The notes under the pieces are model-generated. The model worked only from the letters and a program-made list of their open reading frames with translations. It made no database searches and was not told where the DNA came from. Of a DNA stretch of 64,000 nucleotides, positions 35,998 to 45,186 are shown piece by piece. The stretch is taken from positions 10,742 through 74,741 of the forward strand of contig CAZYIX010000003.1 in NCBI GenBank assembly GCA_964647665.1, given 5' to 3'. The first letter of the stretch is position 1. Each line of letters begins with the position of its first letter. The position numbers and the translations under genes were made by a program. The stretch is from an uncultured Candidatus Poseidoniales archaeon. Lineage in GTDB: Archaea > Thermoplasmatota > Poseidoniia > Poseidoniales > Thalassarchaeaceae.

Positions 35998-36999
35998 ATG
36001 CCTGAACGTAGACTTCCGATGATGGAATCCCCAGAAGATGTCATGACTGGAGGGTGTGGCGGCCCTGCTCGAATGACAGCGCTGGAAAGACGGTCGGCAG
36101 AGAGTAAACGATTACCTTCGTGGTTCAAAACTCGTCTGCCATCAGGTGATGCTCAAGTCGCCTTCAATTCAGTACGCTCTAACGTCCTTGAACACAAACT
36201 GAACACTGTATGTCAACAGGCTCGTTGCCCGAATATCCATGACTGCTGGGGAAGGGGAACTGCCACCTTCATGATTGCCGGGGAGGAATGCACTCGTGCG
36301 TGCCGGTTTTGTGCGGTTGGAACTGTCAAGTCACCCCCTCCTCTGGATCCAATGGAGCCAGCCAACCTTGCCGAGGCCGTTGACCTGATGGGCGTGAATC
36401 ATGCGGTCATCACCTGTGTCAATCGAGATGAGTTGTCAGATCAAGGTGCCAGTCACTATCGAGCTTGCATCATGGCGGTGGCTGAGCGGCGTCCTGATGT
36501 CGGTCTTGAGTTCCTTTGCTCAGACCTGTCCGGTGACCTTTCAGCACTAACAATCCTGCTTCCTGAACTACCGCTCAAGGTATTCGCACACAACGTCGAG
36601 TGTGTACCTCGTCTCGACTCGACGGTTCGGGACCACCGGGCCTCATTCCAACAATCGCTCGGCATCCTCAGCGAGGCCAAGAGAATGCGCCCTGATATCC
36701 TGACCAAATCCAGTTTGATGGTTGGGGTCGGCGAAACAGACGATGAGGTTGTTGAGGCACTCGCAATGCTGCGCGAAGTCGGTGTTGACCTAGTCACAAT
36801 AGGCCAGTATCTTGCACCCAGTCCACGTCACCTACCGGTTCACCGATTCCCAGAACCAGAGAGATTTGCCGAGTGGGATCAGGCCGCACGCCAACTTGGA
36901 TTCAAGGGCGTTGCGTGCGGTCCACTGGTTCGCTCATCCTATCGGGCAGGGATACTGTACAGCGAAGCCATCGGCGATGATGGCATAACACAACGATGA
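35998..36999 (+). CDS. lipA: lipoyl synthase (radical SAM)
   Basis: CQQARCPNIHDC auxiliary-cluster motif and CTRACRFCAV radical-SAM CxxxCxxC. ATG at 35998 is preferred over 35902. Confidence 0.85.
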   Translation: MPERRLPMMESPEDVMTGGCGGPARMTALERRSAESKRLPSWFKTRLPSGDAQVAFNSVRSNVLEHKLNTVCQQARCPNIHDCWGRGTATFMIAGEECTRACRFCAVGTVKSPPPLDPMEPANLAEAVDLMGVNHAVITCVNRDELSDQGASHYRACIMAVAERRPDVGLEFLCSDLSGDLSALTILLPELPLKVFAHNVECVPRLDSTVRDHRASFQQSLGILSEAKRMRPDILTKSSLMVGVGETDDEVVEALAMLREVGVDLVTIGQYLAPSPRHLPVHRFPEPERFAEWDQAARQLGFKGVACGPLVRSSYRAGILYSEAIGDDGITQR

Positions 37000-38267
37000 A
37001 GGACAAATCACGGAGAGGTGCAAATATGGCGGATGGAGATGACGGAGCCGACATCGGCCCCTACCAGGTCCCCACAGCGCCATTCCGCCCGGGAGACACT
37101 GCATCCTTTGATGCGTGGCCTTGGGCGCCAGCAGACCTTTCCCGACCCGATCCGATAGCCTGCAGTTCTGAAGATACCGTCGAGCACGCCAATGGATTAG
37201 TCCGAGTTCTCGACGATGATGGCAATGCGGTAGGTGATTGGGATCCCAGCCTCGACGATGAGACCTTGATGCGAGGGCTGGAACTGATGGTTCAACTGCG
37301 GATTTTCGACGACCGCATGATGAAGATGCAGCGCACTGGCAAATTGTCGTTCTACATGCGCTCTCTTGGTGAAGAAGCGATTGCAATCGCCCAAACCATG
37401 GCTTTGCAGGAACAAGACTGGATATTCCCGTCCTATCGCCAACCCGGCGCTCAATTCGTGCGTGGTCGAGACATGGTCAGCATGATTTGCCATTGTATTG
37501 GCAACATCGAGGACAATGTGAAGGGTCGGCAGATGCCGGTTCACTACACTTGGCGTGAAGGGAATTTCATCTCTATTTCAAGCCCGGTAGGTACCCAATT
37601 CTCGCAAGCGGTTGGAGTGGCAATGGCCAGTTCCTACCGCGGATTGGATGAAGTCACCATTACTTGGATTGGAGATGGGGCAAGCGCAGAGGGTGACTAC
37701 CATTACGCGCTGAACTTCGCCAGCGTGTTCAAGCCACCTGTAATCCTCAACGTCGTCAACAATCAGTGGGCCATCTCCACTCATCGCAATCTCGCCACAG
37801 GCGGTACGAACTTCGCCACCCGTGGCCTTCCATACGACATACCGTGCTTCAGAGTGGATGGCAATGACTTCCTCGCCCTATTTGCAGTTACAAAGTGGGC
37901 GAGAGAGCGAGCCGGTGCTGGAAAAGGCCCCACACACATCGAAGTTCTGACCTACCGCACCGGCGCACACAGCAGCAGTGACGACCCGAGTCGATATCGA
38001 CCGAGTGATGAACACGAATACTGGCCCGGTGGTGACCCGATTGAGCGTTTGAAGAACCACCTCATCGTCAAAGGTGAGTGGTCAGAGAACAAGCATACCG
38101 AACTTGAAGAGAGGACAGATGCCGCTGTGATGGCTGCCTACAAAGAAGCGGTGACTCACGGCGACCTCGCCAGCGGACCGTATCCACCAGCGAGTACCAT
38201 CTTCACCGAAGTCTACGAGGAAGTGCCGTGGCACGTTCAAGAACAACGAGAGGAACTCGGTAAATGA
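36996..38267 (+). CDS. 2-oxoacid dehydrogenase E1 component, alpha subunit (TPP-binding, branched-chain type)
   Basis: GDGASAEGDYHYALNFASVFKPPVILNVVNNQWAIST TPP motif. ATGA overlap with the lipA stop (alternative ATG at 37026). Confidence 0.85.
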   Translation: MKDKSRRGANMADGDDGADIGPYQVPTAPFRPGDTASFDAWPWAPADLSRPDPIACSSEDTVEHANGLVRVLDDDGNAVGDWDPSLDDETLMRGLELMVQLRIFDDRMMKMQRTGKLSFYMRSLGEEAIAIAQTMALQEQDWIFPSYRQPGAQFVRGRDMVSMICHCIGNIEDNVKGRQMPVHYTWREGNFISISSPVGTQFSQAVGVAMASSYRGLDEVTITWIGDGASAEGDYHYALNFASVFKPPVILNVVNNQWAISTHRNLATGGTNFATRGLPYDIPCFRVDGNDFLALFAVTKWARERAGAGKGPTHIEVLTYRTGAHSSSDDPSRYRPSDEHEYWPGGDPIERLKNHLIVKGEWSENKHTELEERTDAAVMAAYKEAVTHGDLASGPYPPASTIFTEVYEEVPWHVQEQREELGK

Positions 38268-38276
38268 GGTGTTATT

Positions 38277-39287
38277 ATGGCTGAAATGAACATGATTGCT
38301 GCGCTGAACAGCGGCCTCGACAATCTGCTCGGAAAAGATGAGAATGTCGTCATTTTTGGTGAGGATGTTGGCTACTTCGGTGGCGTCTTCAGAGTCACTG
38401 ATGGCCTGCAAGACAAACACGGCGCACACCGCGTATTCGATTCTCCGCTGGCCGAAGGAGGAATCGCTGCCACCGCCTTCGGTATGGGGCTGAATGGCCT
38501 GCGTCCTGTGGTTGAAATTCAGTTCTCAGACTACATTTTTCCAGCATATGACCAGATTGTCAACGAGATTGCAAAAATCCGCCACCGTTCGGGAGGGGAA
38601 TTCTGGACACCACTCACCTTCCGGACACCCGCCGGTGGCGGTATCAAGGGAGGACACCATCACTCACAGTCACCAGAAGCACAATTCACCCACACCCCTG
38701 GCATCAAGGTGGTTTACTGCTCCAATCCATACAATGCGAAAGGACTGCTAATCAGCGCGGTCGAATGTAACGACCCCGTCATCTTCTTTGAACCAAAACG
38801 CTGCTATCGTGGCCCATTCTATGGGGACCCGCACAACGTACCGACTTGGAAGGGACACCCCACATCTGATGTCCCTGAGGAACACTACTCGATACCTCTA
38901 GAAGAAGCCGAATTGGTAATCGAGGGTGATGATTGTACAGTCATCTCTTGGGGAGCGATGGTTCATGTCAGTGAAAAGGCCATCAAAGATTCAGGAGTAT
39001 CATGCGATCTCATCGACCTGCAAACCTTGGTTCCGTGGGATAGAGATACCGTGGTAAACTCGGTTGAGAAGACAGGAAGGTGTGTCATCGTTCATGAAGC
39101 GCCCAAGACCAGCGGGTTCGGGGCGGAGATGGCGGCGAGTGTACAAGAGCGGTGTTTTTGGCACCTTGAGAAGCCCATTGAACGTGTGACTGGGTGGGAT
39201 ACACCGTTCCCACATACCACCGAATGGGATTACATGCCGAGTCCACTACGCATCACTGAGGCGATTCAGCGGACACAGGGGGACTGA
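38277..39287 (+). CDS. 2-oxoacid dehydrogenase E1 component, beta subunit
   Basis: FGEDVGYFGGVFRVTDGL...RVFDSPLAEGGI...EIQFSDYIFPAYDQIVNE is typical of E1 beta. Confidence 0.9.
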   Translation: MAEMNMIAALNSGLDNLLGKDENVVIFGEDVGYFGGVFRVTDGLQDKHGAHRVFDSPLAEGGIAATAFGMGLNGLRPVVEIQFSDYIFPAYDQIVNEIAKIRHRSGGEFWTPLTFRTPAGGGIKGGHHHSQSPEAQFTHTPGIKVVYCSNPYNAKGLLISAVECNDPVIFFEPKRCYRGPFYGDPHNVPTWKGHPTSDVPEEHYSIPLEEAELVIEGDDCTVISWGAMVHVSEKAIKDSGVSCDLIDLQTLVPWDRDTVVNSVEKTGRCVIVHEAPKTSGFGAEMAASVQERCFWHLEKPIERVTGWDTPFPHTTEWDYMPSPLRITEAIQRTQGD

Positions 39288-39289
39288 AC

Positions 39290-40528
39290 ATGGGAATCTA
39301 CCAATTCAAACTTCCAGACATTGGCGAAGGAGTCGTCGAAGGCGAAGTCATCGCATGGCACATCGAGGAAGGTGCCTCGGTGACGGAAGATGACCCAATA
39401 GTCGACGTGATGACTGACAAGGCAAATGTCACCATACCGAGTCCAGTGACTGGAACTGTGACGAAAACTGTCGGAGCTGTTGGCGAGATTATCGCAGTTG
39501 GCAGCGTCTGCATCGAATTCGAAGTCGAGGGTGAAGGTAACGCCACAGCATCTGAAATCGAAGAAGAAACGCCAGAGGCTGAGCCTGAGACTGAGTCAGA
39601 GGCAGAACCTGCGCCAGCACCCACTGCACCTGCACCTAAGGCAGAGCGAAGTAGCAAGCCTCTGGCTTCTCCAGCGGTAAGGCGCCGAGCAAAATCCGAG
39701 GGAATTGACCTCGGCGCGGTTGCTGGAAGCGGTCCTGCTGGCCGAATTACTCATGATGACATCAAAGCGCACCTCGCAGGTGGTGGCGAACTCGCTGCAA
39801 GTGCACCAAGCGGTGGAAGAGCCGCCCTATCTGGAACTACAGAAGTGCCGGTGATTGGTCTGCGCCGTAAGATTGCCGAGCAGATGGTAAAGTCAACCAC
39901 TAGCATTCCACATTTCTCATTCTTTGAAGAAGTAGATGTCACCGACCTTGAAGCACTGCGCCAATGGCTGAACAGCAATCGCAAGGAAGGTCAGCCAAAA
40001 CTCACTTACTTGCCATTCATCATGCAGGCTCTTGTCAAGGCATTCCAAGGCGACCACTCCGGCTGTAATGCAATCCACGACGAAGGACGCAATATGCTGG
40101 TCTTGCATGAGGCAGCCAATATTGGAATCGCCACAACCACCGAACGCGGATTATATGTCCCGGTGGTGAAAAATGTCGAATCCCTCGATGTATGGCAGAC
40201 AGCGACTGAACTGGGTCGTGTCACGCAGGCAGCTCGCGATGGCAGCGCTTCCCTCGATGACCTATCTGACTCCACATTCACCATCACGAGTCTTGGACGA
40301 GATGGCGGGCTAGGTGCTACGCCAATCATCAATCATCCCGAAGTCGCCATCCTTGGTGTACACAAAGCCGAGGACAGAGCGGTGGTTCGCGGTGGAAAAA
40401 TCGTCATCCGCCGCATGATGAACCTCTCATCCTCCTTTGACCACCGTGTGGTAGACGGGGCGGATGGCGCCGCCATGGTGCAGGCTGTGAAGGGCATGCT
40501 TGAGCACCCATCTTCGATATTCATGTGA
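39290..40528 (+). CDS. dihydrolipoamide acyltransferase E2 (lipoyl domain, PSBD, catalytic domain)
   Basis: Lipoyl-lysine motif VDVMTDKANVTIPSP. Peripheral subunit-binding ASPAVRRRAKSEGIDL. Catalytic SSSFDHRVVDGA. Confidence 0.9.
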   Translation: MGIYQFKLPDIGEGVVEGEVIAWHIEEGASVTEDDPIVDVMTDKANVTIPSPVTGTVTKTVGAVGEIIAVGSVCIEFEVEGEGNATASEIEEETPEAEPETESEAEPAPAPTAPAPKAERSSKPLASPAVRRRAKSEGIDLGAVAGSGPAGRITHDDIKAHLAGGGELAASAPSGGRAALSGTTEVPVIGLRRKIAEQMVKSTTSIPHFSFFEEVDVTDLEALRQWLNSNRKEGQPKLTYLPFIMQALVKAFQGDHSGCNAIHDEGRNMLVLHEAANIGIATTTERGLYVPVVKNVESLDVWQTATELGRVTQAARDGSASLDDLSDSTFTITSLGRDGGLGATPIINHPEVAILGVHKAEDRAVVRGGKIVIRRMMNLSSSFDHRVVDGADGAAMVQAVKGMLEHPSSIFM

Positions 40529-40537
40529 GGTGGCCTA

Positions 40538-41965
40538 ATGGTCGAACAGATTTCTTGTCAAGTGCTTGTGGTCGGCGCAGGCCCGGGAGGATACGTCGCT
40601 GCAATCCGAGCAGGCCAATTGGGTTTGGACACGGTTATCGTCGAGGGAGACAAGGCCGGAGGAACCTGTCTGATTCGTGGCTGTATACCTTCGAAAGCCA
40701 TCATCCACGCCGCCGACCGATTTGAGGCATTAAAACAGCACCAGACCGGGCATATGGGTCTCAATGTCAGTGGGGATGTCTCAGTGGATATGACCGCTCT
40801 AATCTCTTGGAAGGATGATATCGTTGGCAAGTTGAACAATGGAGTCAAGGCTCTACTCAAGGCAGCTAAGGTCCGCCACATCAAAGGGTGGGGTTCATTC
40901 ATCGATGGCAAAACCTGCATCGTCTCTGATGGAGATGGTCAGAAAATCGCTCACATCAGTACCGAGAACGTAATTCTTGCAACCGGTTCCAGTCCAATCG
41001 ACTTACCTTTCATGCCCGCAGATGAGAAGCATATCCTGACTTCAACAGGGGCGTTGGACATCGACGAGTTGCCAGCAAGAGTCGCTGTCATCGGCGGCGG
41101 CTATATCGGACTTGAACTGGGGTGCGCCATGCGTAAACTGGGAAGCGAAGTCACCGTCATAGAGGGACTTGATTCGGTGATGGCCATCTTCGATGCAGAA
41201 CTGCGTAGACCACTGGAAATTTGGCTGAGGAAGAATGGTGTCACTATCCATACCAATTGCCTTGCACAGGGAGCCGAAGTGAAGGGCTCAGAAGTTGAAC
41301 TATCTTGGAAGAACGGAGAAGGTGAAGTAACGACTGAGACATTCGACCGCGTATTGGTAACCGTTGGACGCAAGGCCAATACGCAAGGATGGGGTCTTGA
41401 GGAAACCGGCGTGAAGATGGATGAATCTGGCCACTTCGTTGCAGTCGATTCACAGTGCAAAACCAATATGCGAGGAATCTATGCTATCGGTGATTTGGTC
41501 GGTGAACCGATGCTTGCACACAAGGCGAGCGCTCAGGGAGAGATAGTTGCGGAGATTATCGCCGGCGAGGACCATGAATTTGACCCGGTTGCGATTCCAG
41601 CCATAGTATTCACAGAACCTGAAATCATCAGTGTCGGTATGTCACCGGCTGAGGCAGAAGCTGCCGGTGAATCAGTGAGAATCGGTAAGTTCCCACTTGC
41701 TGCTAACGGTCGTGCCCTCACACTTGAGGCAGAGAAGACCGGGGGCTTTGTCAGGGTGGTGGCGAGAGAATCTGACAACGTCATTCTTGGAGTACAGGCT
41801 GTTGGCAGTCACGTCGCTGAGTTATCTGGTGAATTCACCCTCGCTCTTGAGATGGGGGCGGTGCTCGAAGATGTTGCTGCAACAATCCATGCACACCCAA
41901 CAATGACTGAAGCATTTCACGAGGCGGTTCTCAAGACTCTTGGACGCGCAATTCATTCGAATTGA
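40538..41965 (+). CDS. lpdA: dihydrolipoamide dehydrogenase E3
   Basis: GAGPGGY FAD motif, redox-active GGTCLIRGCIPSK, GGGYIGLE, and C-terminal HAHPTMTEA. Confidence 0.9.
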   Translation: MVEQISCQVLVVGAGPGGYVAAIRAGQLGLDTVIVEGDKAGGTCLIRGCIPSKAIIHAADRFEALKQHQTGHMGLNVSGDVSVDMTALISWKDDIVGKLNNGVKALLKAAKVRHIKGWGSFIDGKTCIVSDGDGQKIAHISTENVILATGSSPIDLPFMPADEKHILTSTGALDIDELPARVAVIGGGYIGLELGCAMRKLGSEVTVIEGLDSVMAIFDAELRRPLEIWLRKNGVTIHTNCLAQGAEVKGSEVELSWKNGEGEVTTETFDRVLVTVGRKANTQGWGLEETGVKMDESGHFVAVDSQCKTNMRGIYAIGDLVGEPMLAHKASAQGEIVAEIIAGEDHEFDPVAIPAIVFTEPEIISVGMSPAEAEAAGESVRIGKFPLAANGRALTLEAEKTGGFVRVVARESDNVILGVQAVGSHVAELSGEFTLALEMGAVLEDVAATIHAHPTMTEAFHEAVLKTLGRAIHSN

Positions 41966-42551
41966 GTTCATCATCGTACACGCTATTCCAATGGCGGATT
42001 TCTTCCGGAAGTTGCAAGACGCGCCTGCCCCTCTTCATCCATTCCCACCCATCGTCAATCCAATCGTAGAGCGTCTCGAGGTCAGCCCCTGAAAACGCGG
42101 CCTTGCGAGCGAGTTTCTTCACGATATCAATCTCGCGAGTATCGTAGTGGCCATCGGCGGCCGCCATCAATAGCGCATCCCGCAAAGCAACGCGCAGGTG
42201 CGCGGGATGCATATCGTCAGCAGCCTCAATGAAAGAGCGCCCGCGCTTCAATTCCTGCCGCATCATCACCCGCTCCTCCTGAGTCAACAATGCCATGCCC
42301 ATCCTTGACTCATAATTGGCCATCTCCTCAAGAGTGACTCGTCCATCAGCCAAAGCAACAGCCGCCAAGATTCGGCAGTAGTTTCGACGGTCTTCCCGGT
42401 CGAAAAGATGCAGGGTGTCTGGTAGCACATGCTCCGCACCCCTCAGTACCTTATTCAAGTCATCCGAGTCAATACCCAAGACTCCCACCAATGAAAATGG
42501 AGAAGGCTTGCCACCTGTTCGCATCGATATGGCGCAGGCTTCGGTGGACAT
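41931..42551 (-). CDS. TerB-family (tellurite-resistance-like) domain protein
   Basis: ILAAVALADGRVTLEEMANYE and LLMAAADGHYDTREIDIVKKLA follow the paired TerB helix pattern. Its 3' end overlaps the lpdA 3' end by 35 nt (convergent). Alternative start at 42524. Confidence 0.55.
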   Translation of the reverse strand: MSTEACAISMRTGGKPSPFSLVGVLGIDSDDLNKVLRGAEHVLPDTLHLFDREDRRNYCRILAAVALADGRVTLEEMANYESRMGMALLTQEERVMMRQELKRGRSFIEAADDMHPAHLRVALRDALLMAAADGHYDTREIDIVKKLARKAAFSGADLETLYDWIDDGWEWMKRGRRVLQLPEEIRHWNSVYDDELNSNELRVQES

Positions 42552-43266
42552 CGCAGAAGTCGGTGGTGTGGCTTCTCAACAACTGCGAGAAGTGCGAGTG
42601 ATTAGCGCCGGATGCGTGCCGTATCGAATTGTGGCAGACGAGATGAAGAGACTTCAACAGGCTCGACTCGAGGATACGATTCCTGATACTCTCATCTTTG
42701 TAGAGCACCCAGAGATAGTGACCATCGGGCCGGCGGCTCGGCGTGATGGCACCAACATCCCCTCAGACTATACGCGTGCGAACACTGACCGTGGAGGAGG
42801 AATCACCTACCATGGACCGGGGCAGTTGACCGTCTATCCAATCTTCCTGTGGAACCAGCAAGGCGAGGCCAATGTCAAGCGAATAACCGCTCTATTGGAG
42901 CAATGGGCTTTCGATGCACTGGCAGCCTGCGGCATCGAAGCCTGCCGCGATGAGCGCATGCAGGGAATCTGGGTTGATGGCAACAAAATCGGTTCGGTCG
43001 GCCTCGCCTTCATGCGCTGGGTTAGTAGACATGGATTCACCATCAATTTCGATACTGAGCGAGGCCGCGTGGAATCGCTGAATGGCTGCGGCCTCGATTC
43101 TGGACTGACAACCAGCCTTGCAGCCCTCGGACTCTCTACCGATGCGAGCGGCGAGCAAATCAACCGAGCCCGCTTAGAGACGGAACTTCTGGTAGCTATG
43201 GAAAGTGCTCTGGCAAGAATTCCTATGACAATGCAACATTTAGCAGATGAGCCGCCATGGCTGTGA
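42529..43266 (+). CDS. lipB: octanoyltransferase (lipoyl(octanoyl) transferase)
   Basis: FVEHPEIVTIG, RGGGITYHGPGQLTVYPI, and KIGSVGLAFMRWVSRHGF (catalytic Lys region). ATG at 42529 is preferred over 42415. Confidence 0.8.
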   Translation: MAQASVDIAEVGGVASQQLREVRVISAGCVPYRIVADEMKRLQQARLEDTIPDTLIFVEHPEIVTIGPAARRDGTNIPSDYTRANTDRGGGITYHGPGQLTVYPIFLWNQQGEANVKRITALLEQWAFDALAACGIEACRDERMQGIWVDGNKIGSVGLAFMRWVSRHGFTINFDTERGRVESLNGCGLDSGLTTSLAALGLSTDASGEQINRARLETELLVAMESALARIPMTMQHLADEPPWL

Positions 43267-43275
43267 GGTGAACCG

Positions 43276-44490
43276 ATGACTGAAGACAATACATTTTCGC
43301 CAGCACTGGGCGGACCTACAGCCGGAGAGGGTATTCCCTCAGTCGGCATTCTAGACTGGTACATTCCGCGATTGATGGAAAACCGCCAACACGATCTGTC
43401 GCAATCCGGATTCATCTACCCCTGGAATCAAGAGGAACTGCTATCCCGCCTTGATGAAGGTGAGTTGATTGGATTCTGGCAAACTGGTAAAGACCCAAGA
43501 GAATGGATTGCAGAACGCTACGGAGTCGAGAGTGAAAATGTCGGAATCGGACACGGCGTATGCCAAACTCTGACTTTTGCCTTACTTGCTGCAATGCCTG
43601 ACCCGGATTCAATTCTGCACGAAAAGGGCAGAAGAAAATCACGGCGAATTGGAGTAGAAATGCCATCATTCGGCCCAGTTACTCAATGCGCTCGTCTACT
43701 CGGCTGTGATGTAGTCCCATTCTACCGAGGCCCGAGCGAGCCGGGTGATTGTGGACCTTGGAAATTCGACCGAGAACAACTTGAGGAAGTGCTCGATGAT
43801 GTGAGTGTCATTATTCTGACGCCGATGCAGAATCCTTCAGGATGGATGCTCGATGAAGATGACCAGAGATGGATTGTGGACAAAGCCGCAGAATATGGTG
43901 TCAATATCGTCTCAGATGAGGTCTATCTTGACTCAGCAAGGGGTGATGAAATCTATAGACCGTTCTTTGAAATGGGTGAGCATTGCTTATCTGTGAATTC
44001 TATCACCAAAACCTACGGACTCGGAAATCTGCGATTTGGTTGGGTGATTGGACCTCCTGAACTAATCGTATCGGCGATGAATGCCTACCGAAACCTGCAG
44101 GGTTTGATGGCAGCGCCATCAGTAGCAATAGCTAGTGCAGCGTGGAGAGACCTTGATGCCGTACTCGATGTATTGAGGTCAAAGCGCCAAAGCAACCTGC
44201 CGAAGTTGTGCGCTGTGCTCACCAAGCATGGAATCGAGTGGACTCCACCCCCCACTGGAATCTTCGGTCTGATTCCTCTGCCAAATGATTGGCCTGCTGT
44301 GCAGGCTTTGGCCTTGCATGGAAAGCATAGAGGGTTGCTCGCCACCCCCGGTGGAATGTTCGATGAATGTCTTGATTCTTATCTGAGAATAGCTTGGGGT
44401 GGCGACGATGCAGGATTCCCTGCTGCGATGGCAGCATTCGATGAATTTCTCACCGCCCTAGAGGAGAATCTGCCTCCTGCCAATTCTTGA
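43276..44490 (+). CDS. class I/II PLP-dependent aminotransferase
   Basis: SVNSITKTYGLGNLRFGWVIG (SxxK...R.G motif), NPSGW, and DEVY. Confidence 0.75.
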   Translation: MTEDNTFSPALGGPTAGEGIPSVGILDWYIPRLMENRQHDLSQSGFIYPWNQEELLSRLDEGELIGFWQTGKDPREWIAERYGVESENVGIGHGVCQTLTFALLAAMPDPDSILHEKGRRKSRRIGVEMPSFGPVTQCARLLGCDVVPFYRGPSEPGDCGPWKFDREQLEEVLDDVSVIILTPMQNPSGWMLDEDDQRWIVDKAAEYGVNIVSDEVYLDSARGDEIYRPFFEMGEHCLSVNSITKTYGLGNLRFGWVIGPPELIVSAMNAYRNLQGLMAAPSVAIASAAWRDLDAVLDVLRSKRQSNLPKLCAVLTKHGIEWTPPPTGIFGLIPLPNDWPAVQALALHGKHRGLLATPGGMFDECLDSYLRIAWGGDDAGFPAAMAAFDEFLTALEENLPPANS

Positions 44491-44516
44491 AGTGGTCTGA
44501 CCGCCCCCGGCAATAT

Positions 44517-45095
44517 ATGCCCGAGGCAGTAGTCGCACTGACAGGAGCATCGGGTGCTCGTTATGGCGTCCGGCTCACAGAGATTCTGTCTGAAAATGGC
44601 TGGGATATTCGACTCATCGTGACCCGAGATGGTGCAATCAATCTCGACTTGGAAATTGGCATTACTCCGCAAAAACTCGCCGAGTTGCCCGGGGTTGAGT
44701 TAGAGGACAACGACAACCTCGCTGCTCGTTCAGCATCTGGATCTGCTAAGATGGACCACTACGTGATTTGCCCTGCCAGCGGCACGACCATCGGAAAACT
44801 CGCTGCGGGCATTTCTGACAATCTGGTCACTCGCAGTGCGATGGTTGCGCTGAAGGAAAGACGGCCGCTCATCGTGGTTCCGCGTGAGGCACCGTACGCG
44901 ACTGTGCATCTAGAGAATATGACCAAATTATCGGGCTGGGGAGTGGTAGTGCTTCCTGCCTCGCCAGGGTTCTACCATCAGCCAGAGAGCATCGATGACC
45001 TTGTCGACTTCGTAGTTGCGAGAATACTCGACCAGATGGATGTTGAGCACTCGCTCGGAAAGCGTTGGACCGGCGATGAAGTAAGTCTCGACTGA
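44517..45095 (+). CDS. ubiX: flavin prenyltransferase UbiX
   Basis: VVALTGASGARYGVRL, ICPASGTTIGKLAAGISDNLVTR, and LIVVPREAPY...LENM. The ORF-track start (TTG at 44487) overlaps the upstream stop. Confidence 0.85.
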   Translation: MPEAVVALTGASGARYGVRLTEILSENGWDIRLIVTRDGAINLDLEIGITPQKLAELPGVELEDNDNLAARSASGSAKMDHYVICPASGTTIGKLAAGISDNLVTRSAMVALKERRPLIVVPREAPYATVHLENMTKLSGWGVVVLPASPGFYHQPESIDDLVDFVVARILDQMDVEHSLGKRWTGDEVSLD

Positions 45096-45186
45096 CCAAG
45101 GGGGTAGTCGAGAGCAAACACCCCACGACTTCAAGAATGAAGGATGAAGACCAGTTCATGGAGGGGTTGCAATCAGTTACGATGCG

